From Nitrospinaceae bacterium (GTDB lineage Bacteria; Nitrospinota; Nitrospinia; Nitrospinales; Nitrospinaceae), in assembly GCA_965223665.1 (NCBI GenBank), contig OZ245011.1, positions 224,001-288,000 of the forward strand: a stretch of DNA of 64,000 bases. Reading direction: 5' to 3'. The translations under genes and the position numbers were made by a program. Within the stretch, counting starts at the first letter, position 1; each line of letters starts with the position of its first letter. Of the stretch, positions 27,488 through 37,831 are shown piece after piece. The notes beneath the pieces were generated by a model that searched no databases, was not told the DNA's origin, and was given only the letters and a program-made list of their open reading frames with translations.

Positions 27488-27493
27488 AAGATT

Positions 27494-28942
27494 TTAAAAT
27501 TGAAAATATAAAAATTCGCTTTCTCTCGAAATAAATAAAATAGCCAATGAAAACATTAAGGCAACAATAATCGCCGAATACCACTTTTCTCTTAAAATAG
27601 ATGTTGCTTTTTGAGAATTTGGAAAGAGAAAGCTTATTAGAGCCGCAAATATTAATAAATTCATAATATATTTTGTCGGTTCATTTCCTTTTATTTTGTA
27701 GATCCATTGATTATCCATACATAAAGCCTTTTCCATAAAAAATTTGCACAACTTTGGAGGCCAATTAAACTCATTTGCTCCTACCATTGAGGATATGATA
27801 TCTTTTGCTCTTTCGATATTTGGTGCTCTAAAAAAGACCCAAGAAATATGTACATATAGAAAGGTGATAAAAATAGAAAAATAAATAGGAAGTTTTAATT
27901 TAAAAAAATTCCATAAATTAAAAATGATTAGCCCTATCCCATGCAATAAGCCCCAAACTAAAAAACTCCATCCAGCTCCATGCCAAATTCCTCCAATTAG
28001 ACAGGTGACTAAAATGTTAAGTAAGTTTTGATAATCTCTCCCTCTATTTCCCCCTAAGGGAATATAAATATAATCTCTTAACCACCTACCCAATGTTATG
28101 TGCCAATTCCTCCAAAATTCTTGAATATTTCTTGATTTGTAGGGAGAGTTAAAATTAATGGGAATTTTTATGTTAAATAATAGAGCAGATCCAATAGCCA
28201 TATCGGAATATCCGGAAAAATCAAAGTAAAGTTGAAATGTATAAGATAAAGTTGTAACCCAAGATTCAAAAAAGTCCAATTGCGTATTAAAATCGAATCC
28301 ATTCGAAACATATTTAGAAAATGAGTCAGCGATAACAGTCTTTTTAAAAAGACCAATTGTAAATATTGTGATTCCATTTCTGATATTTTGGCTGTTTATC
28401 TTTAGATTTTCACGTGAGGAAAATTGAGGCATCATTTCTTTATGATGGACTATCGGACCTGCAATTAGTTGGGGAAAGAAAGATACAAATAAGCTATAAG
28501 AACTTAAATCGTATTCGTGAGTAACTCCTTTGTAGGAGTGAACCAAATAAGCTATTTGTTGAAAGGTAAAAAAACTAATTGCTAGGGGTAAAGTTGTAGT
28601 AACATTTTCAATAATGTTTAGGGAGATCAGAGAGTTGATATTGTCTATTATAAAATTGAAATATTTGAAAAATATTAAAGGAAATAAGTTTAATAATATT
28701 CCTATCGTCAGTAAATTTTTATTGCCTTGATTCGAAAGTCTTTTTCCAATGAAATAATTTAGGTAAATAGAGATTAAAAGTAAGGGGAGAAACTTCGGAT
28801 TCCAATACGAGTAAAATATATATGAAGATAGAACCAGAAAATTAATGGATAGTTTTTCATTAACCCTTGTTTGTAATAAAAAATAGACTAATAAAATGGA
28901 GGGTAAAAAAATAAAGATGTATAGGTAAGAATTGAAAAGCAT
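27494..28942 (-). CDS. MBOAT-family O-acyltransferase (AlgI/DltB/PatA-like)
   Basis: MLFNS, LPLAISFFTFQQI, FFPQLIAGPI, YFDFSGYSDMA, FWRNWHITL and GIWHGA motifs. Confidence 0.93.
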   Translation of the reverse strand: MLFNSYLYIFIFLPSILLVYFLLQTRVNEKLSINFLVLSSYIFYSYWNPKFLPLLLISIYLNYFIGKRLSNQGNKNLLTIGILLNLFPLIFFKYFNFIIDNINSLISLNIIENVTTTLPLAISFFTFQQIAYLVHSYKGVTHEYDLSSYSLFVSFFPQLIAGPIVHHKEMMPQFSSRENLKINSQNIRNGITIFTIGLFKKTVIADSFSKYVSNGFDFNTQLDFFESWVTTLSYTFQLYFDFSGYSDMAIGSALLFNIKIPINFNSPYKSRNIQEFWRNWHITLGRWLRDYIYIPLGGNRGRDYQNLLNILVTCLIGGIWHGAGWSFLVWGLLHGIGLIIFNLWNFFKLKLPIYFSIFITFLYVHISWVFFRAPNIERAKDIISSMVGANEFNWPPKLCKFFMEKALCMDNQWIYKIKGNEPTKYIMNLLIFAALISFLFPNSQKATSILREKWYSAIIVALMFSLAILFISRESEFLYFQF

Positions 28943-29028
28943 TTTTTAGCTTATAAATATAGCTTCTGAATGATTGGAAATAATTTAGATTAATAAGCGA
29001 TTTTAACTGAAAGTCTTTAGTTAACCAC

Positions 29029-29979
29029 TTAAGTCTTATAAATATTATTTTCTTTATCTTCTTTTTTAGGTCGTGATTTCCACCTTCTATGAAACCACAT
29101 CCAGGGTTCTGGTTGCCCTTTAATAATTTTCTCAATATATAACTCGCACTCCTGCGTCCACCGATAAATATCCTCTTCTTTATTACCTGTCTTTTCTAGA
29201 TTTAACCTGGGACCATATTGAACTTTATATTTACCCTCCTCTTTGGGATAGCAAAACATGGGAATGATGGGTGCCTCGGTTTTATAACTTAGAGTGGCCA
29301 ATGCTCTGGGGGTGGAAGCCATTTTCCCAAAAAAATTAACAAACATTCCTCCATCACCCCCATTTTGATCCATCATGATGGCTACACTACAGTTATTTTT
29401 TACTGCCCGAACCATTTTTCTGGGTGATTCATTTTTATGAAAAATTCCATTTCCAGAGATGGTACGTAAATTCATAATTAGTTTCTCGAGAAATGGGTTG
29501 TCCAATTTGCGAGCAATAGAGTTTAATTGACAGACATTAAGATAGCCATGATACAATCCCATTATCTCCCAATTCCCATAATGAGCTGTTAAAAAGAAAA
29601 TGCCTTTGCCTTCACTGACGCAGGATTTTATTTCATCCAATCCCTTAGGCTCAGTATCAATTAATTGGTGAACTCTTCTCTCTGGATATTTCATTACCCA
29701 AATGCATTGAAAAGTAGAAATAGCCATTTGGAGAAATGATTGTTTGATTATTCGATTTTTCTCTACCAATGTCTTTGAATCCCCAAAAGCAATATCTAAA
29801 TTAATTCTGGCAATGTGTCTGCGTTTTTTAGCTAAGTGATAAAAAAGAGTTCCAGCTTTTTTGCCGAGTTCAAAGACACTCCTAGCCGATAGCCATTGGA
29901 TAGGTTTGCATAAAATTAAAAACAAAAGATATTCAAAAAAGTATCTTATTTTTTTTGGAAATGTTTGCCGGGGATCCAA
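29029..29979 (-). CDS. lpxL: Lipid A late acyltransferase (LpxL/HtrB family)
   Basis: AHYGNWE, MDQ and PEPWMWFHRRWK motifs. Confidence 0.88.
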   Translation of the reverse strand: MDPRQTFPKKIRYFFEYLLFLILCKPIQWLSARSVFELGKKAGTLFYHLAKKRRHIARINLDIAFGDSKTLVEKNRIIKQSFLQMAISTFQCIWVMKYPERRVHQLIDTEPKGLDEIKSCVSEGKGIFFLTAHYGNWEIMGLYHGYLNVCQLNSIARKLDNPFLEKLIMNLRTISGNGIFHKNESPRKMVRAVKNNCSVAIMMDQNGGDGGMFVNFFGKMASTPRALATLSYKTEAPIIPMFCYPKEEGKYKVQYGPRLNLEKTGNKEEDIYRWTQECELYIEKIIKGQPEPWMWFHRRWKSRPKKEDKENNIYKT

Positions 29980-30024
29980 TTCAGAGCCTGATTAAGTGTG
30001 ATTGGGAAAATAGATAGAATTTGT

Positions 30025-30405
30025 TCAATTAGATTCAGCGATCGCTTGAGCGATGGCATATACCTTATCGTGTGAAATTGAAATATGGATATTCTTTAGA
30101 TTGAGGGTGTCAAAAATTTCCTTCCCTTTACCGGTAAGATATAAAATAGGTCTGCCTGAAGATTCGTTAACGATTTCGATATCTTTCCAATTGATTCCCT
30201 GTGCCATACCTGTTCCTAAAGATTTTAAAACTGCCTCCTTGGCGGCAAATCGTGCTGCAAAATGATTACCAGGATTGGGTCGTGATTGGCAATACTTGAC
30301 CTCATTTTTGGTGAAAATTTTATGTGTAAATCGTTCTGCATGCTTTTCCAGCATTTTTTGAATTCTGGCAATTTCGATAATATCTAATCCTATTCCAAAA
30401 ATCAT
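30025..30405 (-). CDS. acpS: Holo-ACP synthase
   Basis: GIGLDI, RFAAKEAVLKSLGTG and SISHD motifs. Confidence 0.96.
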   Translation of the reverse strand: MIFGIGLDIIEIARIQKMLEKHAERFTHKIFTKNEVKYCQSRPNPGNHFAARFAAKEAVLKSLGTGMAQGINWKDIEIVNESSGRPILYLTGKGKEIFDTLNLKNIHISISHDKVYAIAQAIAESN

Positions 30406-30482
30406 GAACGAGATCCAACTACAAAATTAAAGGTTTCTAAAATATAAAAAAGCCTCTCAAAAATGTAAAGATTGATTTCCAC

Positions 30483-31139
30483 TTAAACCTTTTTACATTT
30501 ATAGCCTAATGTGGATTCAATTTTAGAAATTGGTAGCGCTCCTTCACGTATTATTTGAGGAGGATGAACAGTTGGGTCTAAAACTGTTGAAGGCAACCCA
30601 CCTGCCGTGGGTCCATTATCCAGGATTAGATCTAATTGGTTTTTTAAAGTTTCTTGAATTTCACCCACGATTTTAGGATTTTTTGTCCCGCTAAGGTTTG
30701 CACTGGAAGCGGTAAGAGCATGTCCTAAAAACTTTAATATATCCACAACTGTTTTTTCCTTGGGAAACCGAACACCTACTTTACCCGTTCCACTTGTAAG
30801 GTTTTCGGGCAATTCGGCAGCTGCCTTAAACAAAAGTGTTAATGGACCGGGCCAAAATGCCTCCATTAATTTCCGACCTGTTTCAGAAATTTCACTAGTT
30901 AATGGAGTAAGGTGACTCAGTTCTCCTATTAATACTAGGATGGGTTTGTTGTCCAATCTCTCTTTTAATTTAAATAGTTTAGATATTGATTGCTCAAGCA
31001 AAGGATTAGTTCCAATCCCATAAAAAGTATCTGTAGGTATTGCAATTAATCCTCCAGAGACTATCACATCTTTAATAATTTTAAGTTGGTTTTCCTGGAT
31101 TTTTGATGTTGGAGAATTTAACTTAAGTGTCCTTTGCAT
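30483..31139 (-). CDS. tsaC: L-threonylcarbamoyladenylate synthase (YrdC/Sua5)
   Basis: PTDTFYG, KxR..NKP, FWPGPLT, SANLSG and PST motifs. Confidence 0.93.
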   Translation of the reverse strand: MQRTLKLNSPTSKIQENQLKIIKDVIVSGGLIAIPTDTFYGIGTNPLLEQSISKLFKLKERLDNKPILVLIGELSHLTPLTSEISETGRKLMEAFWPGPLTLLFKAAAELPENLTSGTGKVGVRFPKEKTVVDILKFLGHALTASSANLSGTKNPKIVGEIQETLKNQLDLILDNGPTAGGLPSTVLDPTVHPPQIIREGALPISKIESTLGYKCKKV

Positions 31140-31313
31140 AGGCTGATGGAAGTTTTTTCCTCTTTTAAGCCGGGCTTACTTCTTGTCTTTTGATGGATAT
31201 TGATGTTTTTGTGGTTAATGGAATCTCCTAAATAAATTTAGGTCAACCTGTTTCCAAATAGTGTAGTTTATATTTTATAACAGGGTTGTATCTTTAGTTC
31301 AAGAACCTCATGA

Positions 31314-32552
31314 TTAACTTGTTTGCCGAAGAGGTTCATTTCGTTTTTCTCCATGTTTTATCTCTGGGATCAACATTAAGGTGGCCACTATCATTAGACC
31401 AAAGGAAATGAGGCCAATATTTACGGTTCCTATTCGGTCAACCATCCAGAAACCTATCATTGGGCCAATGGTTCCTCGGACACCAGTTAGAAAAACATGC
31501 ACGGACATATAAGCTGTTACTTTTCCTGGGGGAGCATACTTCGTTACCCATAGGCCCCAAGCAACTGTTCCCCCTCCAAAAGCAATACCGATTAATGCAG
31601 CACCAATCCCAATAACCCATGGAGTTTTGGTAAGGAAGAATAACCCAATTCCCAGTGCGAAAATTATGTTTATTATCATCCTGAGTTTTATGAAATTAAT
31701 TCTGTCAAATAACCTGGCTAAAATAGGTGCAGAAATTGCTCGCATTGAATCTGGAATAATAGTGATAATAAGTGCCACAAACATTGCTGAACCTTCAATA
31801 CCATAGTGACTGGAAGTTATATAATCTACTCTCAAGGGCAAAACCCAAAGATTGGCAAAACCCATAATGAACCAGGTTAATAGCACATATCCAAAGGACC
31901 GGTCTTCAAAAAGTAGCTTTAAATTACCTAGAGGATTTTTGTGATCCCCATCCTCAATAACCTTTGAGGGCATTTTATAAATTGCAAACCCCTTTCCAAG
32001 AGCAGCCAAACCCAAAGAAAATAAAATCCATTTATAATTCCCCAAATCTTGATCTAAAAACCAAGATCCAATAAAACCAGAAAGGACAGATACTATTACT
32101 GTTATAACAATTGGCTTTGAGTAATAAGCGCCACGTTTATGGGTGGGATAATTGTCACTATATATAGAGGTTAAAAATGGAACCATTCCATGAAGAAAAA
32201 TAAAGCTTGTTATGATGCAAATCGTATAGCTTGAAATGGAAGATGTTCCGGCGGATACTATTAATAAAAACCCACAAATTGCTGTTGATAAGGCACCACA
32301 GGTCGATTTTCTTAGGTTTGTTAAGGAGGCATAATGGACTAGGAAAAGTGAAAATAACATTCCGATAAACGGTGCCGACCCAATCAAAGATTTCGAATAA
32401 TTACCGGCATCGAATAGTCGGATTGCAATAAACAATGCAAATGTTTGGGTTCCGGAAGTTATGATACCTCGAAAAAAACCTCTGACTAAATCCAATTGAA
32501 AAGTCTTTTTTCTAATTTCAGAGGTCAACCAGGTATCTGCAGAAATATTCAT
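31314..32552 (-). CDS. MFS transporter
   Basis: 412 aa with about 12 hydrophobic segments and an MFS-like ARLFDR loop. Confidence 0.8.
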   Translation of the reverse strand: MNISADTWLTSEIRKKTFQLDLVRGFFRGIITSGTQTFALFIAIRLFDAGNYSKSLIGSAPFIGMLFSLFLVHYASLTNLRKSTCGALSTAICGFLLIVSAGTSSISSYTICIITSFIFLHGMVPFLTSIYSDNYPTHKRGAYYSKPIVITVIVSVLSGFIGSWFLDQDLGNYKWILFSLGLAALGKGFAIYKMPSKVIEDGDHKNPLGNLKLLFEDRSFGYVLLTWFIMGFANLWVLPLRVDYITSSHYGIEGSAMFVALIITIIPDSMRAISAPILARLFDRINFIKLRMIINIIFALGIGLFFLTKTPWVIGIGAALIGIAFGGGTVAWGLWVTKYAPPGKVTAYMSVHVFLTGVRGTIGPMIGFWMVDRIGTVNIGLISFGLMIVATLMLIPEIKHGEKRNEPLRQTS

Positions 32553-32859
32553 CTATGAAATTGGTAAATTTATAATAATGAGGTTAGGATTCTAAAAGGA
32601 GTAATTGGATTTAAATAGTGGCTTTGTCAGTTTTTGACATCGATTTACAAGGTTTGAGTTATTCTGTTATGTAATTAAACCAGAACCAAGGTAAAAGGGT
32701 TTGAAATCAATTTGAGAATATTTTATATAGCCTTGCAATGGTTGATGCAATCATGCAAAGGAAAAAGGTTATTAAATCCCTCTATCTCTGATTATGAAAA
32801 TGTGTTTAATTTCAATTAGTTATGGGTATTAGTTTAAGCTTATTTTTAAGGTAAAGTTT

Positions 32860-34125
32860 GTGTTTTCAGGGAATGCGCAAAGTATAAACGCGGAAATAAT
32901 TAGTATAGGAAACGAGCTTGTAAGTGGCTTTATCGAAGATACTAATTCCTCCTGGTTAAGCCGCAGAATGCAAGAAATTGGGATCAATATTTCCCAGGTA
33001 ACATTAATTGGAGATGATGGTGACCAAATAAAAAGCAACTTGGAGATGGCCCTTCAAAGAGTGAATATAATTATTTTAACAGGTGGGCTAGGCTGCACGC
33101 ATGATGATATTACGAAGCAGACATTATGTGAAATGTTTGATTATGAATTAAAAATAGATAATGAGGTTAAATCTAATATTGAGAAAATTTTTAATAAAAG
33201 AGGTCGCTCGGTTCCCCAAAGTGCTTTTCAACAAGCGCGAGTTCCTGATGGGGCGACCATTCTATATAATGAAAAGGGAACTGCGCCTGGTCTGAAAGTT
33301 TCTCAAAAAAATAAATGCATTTATGCTTTACCTGGTATTCCTCTTGAAATGAAGCATTTGACAGAGGAGTATTTAGTTCCTGAACTCAGTGGTTTTAGTA
33401 AAGTTAAAATAAGCCACCGCTTAATAAAAACAACCGGAATTGTGGAATCGTCCTTGTGGGAAAAAGTAGGTCCTCTGAAGGAACTGGAATCCTGGGTTCA
33501 GGTGGCATCGCTGCCTTCCCATTTAGGGGTTCGTATTCGACTTTCTTCTGTGGCAGAAAATGATTTAAAGGTTAAGCAGAACTTAGAAAAAGGGGAGTTT
33601 TGGCTCAGGCGAAAAATTTCTAAATATGTGTTTGGTGTTGATGACGAAACCCTTGAGGGTAATATTGGTCAAGTTTTGAAGGAGAGGGGTGAGACGCTTG
33701 CAGTGGCTGAATCATGTACAGGTGGTTTGGTTGGGCATCGATTAACAAGTGTGCCGGGTAGCTCGGAATATTTTATTGCTAGTTTAGTAACTTACAGCAA
33801 TATATCTAAAGTAAAATATTTAGGAGTTGATCCTCAAAAGATTGAAGAGTTTGGAGCTGTAAGCTCACAGGTTGCACAAGAAATGGCTGAAGGGGTAAGA
33901 GTTGAAACAGGGGCAGATTATGGAATTGCTATTACGGGAATTGCAGGTCCTTCTGGAGGAACGGATACCAAGCCAGTAGGATTGACTTATATTGCTATTT
34001 CAGATATTCAAAAAACTTTCGTAGAAAGTTTCAACTTTCACCAAGATCGTGAAAAGAATAAGGAACGGGCTGCCCAAGCGGCTCTTAATTTGTTGCGTAT
34101 TCGTTTAATTGAGAAATGCTCATAA
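32860..34125 (+). CDS. cinA: CinA (MoCF-like domain plus PncC NMN deamidase domain)
   Basis: IGNELVSGxxxDTN, TGGLG..HDD, AESCTGG and TGIAGP motifs. Confidence 0.93.
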   Translation: MFSGNAQSINAEIISIGNELVSGFIEDTNSSWLSRRMQEIGINISQVTLIGDDGDQIKSNLEMALQRVNIIILTGGLGCTHDDITKQTLCEMFDYELKIDNEVKSNIEKIFNKRGRSVPQSAFQQARVPDGATILYNEKGTAPGLKVSQKNKCIYALPGIPLEMKHLTEEYLVPELSGFSKVKISHRLIKTTGIVESSLWEKVGPLKELESWVQVASLPSHLGVRIRLSSVAENDLKVKQNLEKGEFWLRRKISKYVFGVDDETLEGNIGQVLKERGETLAVAESCTGGLVGHRLTSVPGSSEYFIASLVTYSNISKVKYLGVDPQKIEEFGAVSSQVAQEMAEGVRVETGADYGIAITGIAGPSGGTDTKPVGLTYIAISDIQKTFVESFNFHQDREKNKERAAQAALNLLRIRLIEKCS

Positions 34126-34193
34126 TTTAACTTCATATTAGAAATTAAATAATTTATAGCAGACATGTTATTCTATATTTCAGGAGTTAAAGC

Positions 34194-34400
34194 ATGTCTT
34201 CAGATACAAAAGATATTATTATTTGTACCCAATGTGGGAAAGAATTTTTACCTGAATCCAAAAACTGTCCACATTGCTTTGATAAAAAAACTCCTCCCAT
34301 ACCAAATTATCCAAGATTTGGAGGGAAAGTATTTTTGGTATTTTGGGTTTTTTTCTTGGTATTGGTGGTAGCTTGGCTGGTTTCTATGTTTTCATTTTAA
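34194..34400 (+). CDS. Small zinc-ribbon protein with C-terminal TM helix
   Basis: CTQC-x10-CPHC, a proline-rich linker and a hydrophobic C-terminus; AGGAG RBS. Confidence 0.7.
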   Translation: MSSDTKDIIICTQCGKEFLPESKNCPHCFDKKTPPIPNYPRFGGKVFLVFWVFFLVLVVAWLVSMFSF

Positions 34401-35050
34401 AAACCAGGGGGTAACTTTCGTCGACCGCTTTTAAAGGGAAGAATGAAAATCACACCAGCAATAAACCCCCCAATATGTGCCAACCACGCTACACCGCCAC
34501 CCCCTGCCATATTATTTAAAATTTGCATTCCAATCCAAATTAGTAAAAAAATCAAAGCGGGTATTCTTGCTATGGTTATAAAAAATCCTAGGAAAACCAG
34601 TGTTTTAACTTTCGCTTGTGGGAAAAGGACCAAATAAGCGCCTAGGATCCCTGAGATTGCCCCACTAGCTCCTACCATGGGAATTTGTGAGTTCACATCA
34701 GCAAATACATGACTAAGGGCCGCAATGATGCCACAGAGGAAGTAAAACATCACAAAACGTACTTTTCCTAGTACATCTTCAATGTTGTTGCCAAATATCC
34801 ATAAATACAACATATTCCCAGCTAAATGCATGATTCCACCATGGAGAAACATTGATGTGAAAAAATTGGGATAATTTTGGATTGGAGCATTTGTAAGCTT
34901 GTAGGGTATTAGGCCATAAGTGTTGAAAACGGAAGCCATATCTGCTGGACCCACCACTTCCTGAAAAAAAACCAATATATTGATAGCTATAAATCCTATG
35001 GTCAATAAGGGAAAATTATGAGTGGGGTTTTCGTCGGATAAGGGTAGCAT
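34397..35050 (-). CDS. Rhomboid-family intramembrane serine protease
   Basis: FLHGGIMHLAGNM, GASGA (catalytic Ser) and AHIGG (catalytic His). Confidence 0.95.
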   Translation of the reverse strand: MLPLSDENPTHNFPLLTIGFIAINILVFFQEVVGPADMASVFNTYGLIPYKLTNAPIQNYPNFFTSMFLHGGIMHLAGNMLYLWIFGNNIEDVLGKVRFVMFYFLCGIIAALSHVFADVNSQIPMVGASGAISGILGAYLVLFPQAKVKTLVFLGFFITIARIPALIFLLIWIGMQILNNMAGGGGVAWLAHIGGFIAGVIFILPFKSGRRKLPPGF

Positions 35051-35138
35051 ATAGGTAAATGAAGGTAGTCAAAGGCTATTATGTTAAAATCTGAAGACAA
35101 ATTGATCAGAACTTAATTAATTATATGAAAAAAAACTT

Positions 35139-37544
35139 ATGAGTGAAAGTAAGGACCTTACTCCTTTTAGTCCACGTAGCGAAGTTCCGCAAATGCAGAC
35201 TCGGCCAGAAGAGTCTGATGAATGGGTAATTGCAACTTATCGGAAGCAGATGCTTGCCCAAATTTCTGCAGAATTGGATATAGAATTAGGCGAGGGCAGA
35301 ACGGAAGAAACGTATATAAATCCCATATTATTGGATATCAATCCCGTCGATTTTAGACAAAGTTTACAAGAAAAAGTTTTTCCTTCACCAAGAATCATCC
35401 ACGAAAATATCTTAGAGGTTTCAAAAAATAAGGTGATTCTGGAGGCCCCTCAGGGAATGGGTAAGACAACATTTCTTAAAGTATCACTTGAAGATTTGCT
35501 CAAAAGTTCAGACCAGATTGATTACCCCTTTCCTACTTACTTTGATATTTCTCAATTAAAACAAGAAACAGGTTTTAAACAGTTTTATCCTCTTTGGCTT
35601 CAGCAAGTTTCTGAAGTTATTCTCTTGGAGCTAAATGATCAACCTGAATTAGAAATTCAGATCCCTCTTTTAAAGAGAACGCTCGAGCGGATACTTCTTA
35701 CTGGTCGAGTAATTTTTCTTTTAGACGGGTTTGATCTTTTGCTTCCTGAAGATCGATTTCAGTTTTATATGGATGTGATAGTGGATGGTGATGCCCTTCA
35801 CGATAACTTTTTGATCATGGCCACCCGGCCGATTGGGTTTGGTCCTTTAGCGACTACCTCAGTGATTAAGAGGGGCCAGGATTCCAGTTTCAGAATTTCA
35901 ATTCAGCCTGTGGATGAAAGGCAAAGTAAATCCTATTTGAAACAATCGGCCTTAAAGCAATCTATCGAAAATATTCATTTATTTTTCCCAGAATTAATAG
36001 AAACACCACTGTTTTTAAAAATGATTAAAACAGTTCACCTTGAAGAAAAATTGGAAGAGGTGGAATCTCGAACCTCTCTATTTGATATTTGGTTACATTT
36101 GAAAATGGTTGAGGCTTTCGAAACAGACGATCCCAATTCTTTTAAAGAATATTTGAACCAATTGGAAAAAACCTCATGGGAGCTTGTGGAGGCTGGAAAG
36201 TTTCAACGCCAGGAACAGGTAAATACAGGATTTGATAAAGAAGTTTTTAAGTCTCAAGAGGAATCCCAAAAATCTATTTTAAAAAATGGAAAAATTATTA
36301 AAGGTTTAAAGTTTCTTATATCTGAAACCGAAAGTCGCTGGGAATTTCGACATCCAGCGTTTCAGGAATATTTTGCGGGTAAATGGTTGGCCAGAAATGA
36401 GAATTGGCAAGAAAAAGTAAGTGCTTATTGTAGGGAGCCCGAATGGGAACAGATTCTATTATTTTTTGCGGGCACCGCACATAATATCAGTAATGAATTT
36501 ATTGATATTCTTTTAGATTATGGGTCTTTGTTTTTGGCTGGAAATTCCCTGGTGGAAATTCAAGAGTTATCCGAAGACAGACGGTTATTGGTGGGCCAAT
36601 TTCTAAAATACCAATGTAAGCAGGCATACCCGCAATTTTCAAAAAATCGACTTATCCGCCTTGAAAGCGTATTAGATAAAGTAGGTTTAGATAAAATTAA
36701 AAATGTCACTTCTAATTTATTAAAAAGACAAAAGCGTGATTGTCGGATCTTGTATGGAGTGATTGAGCTTTTGGCATTTGGTTATGGAATTGAACTCTCT
36801 AAGGTTGTCGATTCACAAGAATGGAAAGAAATCCAAAATATTCCTGAGCTTCAAGAGTTTTTTAACGAGCGAGATAACCCAGAGATTGCAGATCAAACGA
36901 AAATAAAAAAATGGACTGAAATGGTAACTGTTTCTAAAGGAAAATTTATTTTTCAAATGGAAGAAGATGAAGAAGACCAAGAAGAATTGAAAGAATTTTC
37001 GATAATGAAATACCCTGTGACAAATATTTTGTTCCAACAATTCGAATCCAACTTTGAGTTACGCTATCCCAAGTTTTCTTGGACGGACGACCAGCCGGTA
37101 AATGGTATTAATTATTACGAAGCTACTGTTTTTGCTTTGTGGCTTGGGTTGAGGTTGCCCACGGAAAAGGAATGGGAGAAAGCCTCTCGCGGCCCTGACG
37201 GTCGTGATTACCCTTGGGGAGAGGCGATGGGATATCAAACTGGATATTGTAATACTTGCGATTACATGCGTGGTAAAACCAACCCCGTTAAGGAGTTTGA
37301 AGAAGGGATATCACCTTACGGTTGTTTTGATATGGCTGGGAATGTTTGGGAATGGTGTGTTCAGCTTTTTTCTTCTCAATTTACAATGCAAAAGATTGTC
37401 AGAGGTGGATCTTGGCTGAATTATTTGGTGCATGCAAAATGTCATTTTAGAAATTCTTTTGACCCTGCAGAAAGACATCCCGCAGTAGGTTTTCGATGTG
37501 TATCTATGCCTCATACCGAGGTAGCTAGCTTGGATGAAGACTAA
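35139..37544 (+). CDS. NACHT (STAND) NTPase with C-terminal FGE-sulfatase/SUMF1 domain
   Basis: Walker [10 protein letters not shown], Walker B FLLDGFD, PLFL and [12 protein letters not shown] (NACHT winged helix). C-terminal [25 protein letters not shown] and GFRC. Confidence 0.88.
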   Translation: MSESKDLTPFSPRSEVPQMQTRPEESDEWVIATYRKQMLAQISAELDIELGEGRTEETYINPILLDINPVDFRQSLQEKVFPSPRIIHENILEVSKNKVILEAPQGMGKTTFLKVSLEDLLKSSDQIDYPFPTYFDISQLKQETGFKQFYPLWLQQVSEVILLELNDQPELEIQIPLLKRTLERILLTGRVIFLLDGFDLLLPEDRFQFYMDVIVDGDALHDNFLIMATRPIGFGPLATTSVIKRGQDSSFRISIQPVDERQSKSYLKQSALKQSIENIHLFFPELIETPLFLKMIKTVHLEEKLEEVESRTSLFDIWLHLKMVEAFETDDPNSFKEYLNQLEKTSWELVEAGKFQRQEQVNTGFDKEVFKSQEESQKSILKNGKIIKGLKFLISETESRWEFRHPAFQEYFAGKWLARNENWQEKVSAYCREPEWEQILLFFAGTAHNISNEFIDILLDYGSLFLAGNSLVEIQELSEDRRLLVGQFLKYQCKQAYPQFSKNRLIRLESVLDKVGLDKIKNVTSNLLKRQKRDCRILYGVIELLAFGYGIELSKVVDSQEWKEIQNIPELQEFFNERDNPEIADQTKIKKWTEMVTVSKGKFIFQMEEDEEDQEELKEFSIMKYPVTNILFQQFESNFELRYPKFSWTDDQPVNGINYYEATVFALWLGLRLPTEKEWEKASRGPDGRDYPWGEAMGYQTGYCNTCDYMRGKTNPVKEFEEGISPYGCFDMAGNVWEWCVQLFSSQFTMQKIVRGGSWLNYLVHAKCHFRNSFDPAERHPAVGFRCVSMPHTEVASLDED

Positions 37545-37601
37545 TTCTCCCTCCTCTATTTTAGGGAATAAATTACCTGCAACATATTGAAAAAGTTTTT
37601 C

Positions 37602-37631
37602 TTGACAATCCTTTACCTCACTTTCTATCTT
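37602..37631 (+). promoter_or_regulatory. Candidate sigma70 promoter for the REC-HD-GYP/motAB operon
   Basis: TTGACA-N18-TATCTT. Confidence 0.4.
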
Positions 37632-37831
37632 AAAAATATAGGAAAAATTTTTATGAAATGCCCATTGGTGACTTTGGGTGGCTTTATTTCTTTTAAATAA
37701 TTCTTTTTCAATCTTTTTAAAATTTTTGCTGTTTTCCAGGCTCCCTTTTATAGAAAGAATCTTCAAAAAGATTCTAAAAATTATTGGTGTCAGCAAAATA
37801 AAAAAAATTTCCTAAGCTCAAAAGAAACTCG

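Noticed and set aside
31119-31230. AGGAG followed by a 33-codon ATT-initiated minus-strand ORF overlapping the tsaC start
   Set aside because: Non-standard start, no recognisable product, and likely to occur by chance.
36900-37544. FGE (and DUF1566 at 55805-56227) C-type-lectin-fold domains as diversity-generating retroelement targets
   Set aside because: No reverse transcriptase and no template/variable repeat pair seen in the window.
37311-37796. 161-aa minus-strand ORF and other short antisense or nested ORFs in the track (e.g. 39760-40347, 62196-62753, 8234-8632)
   Set aside because: They are shadow frames of well-supported genes or AT-rich spacers, with no motifs or RBS.
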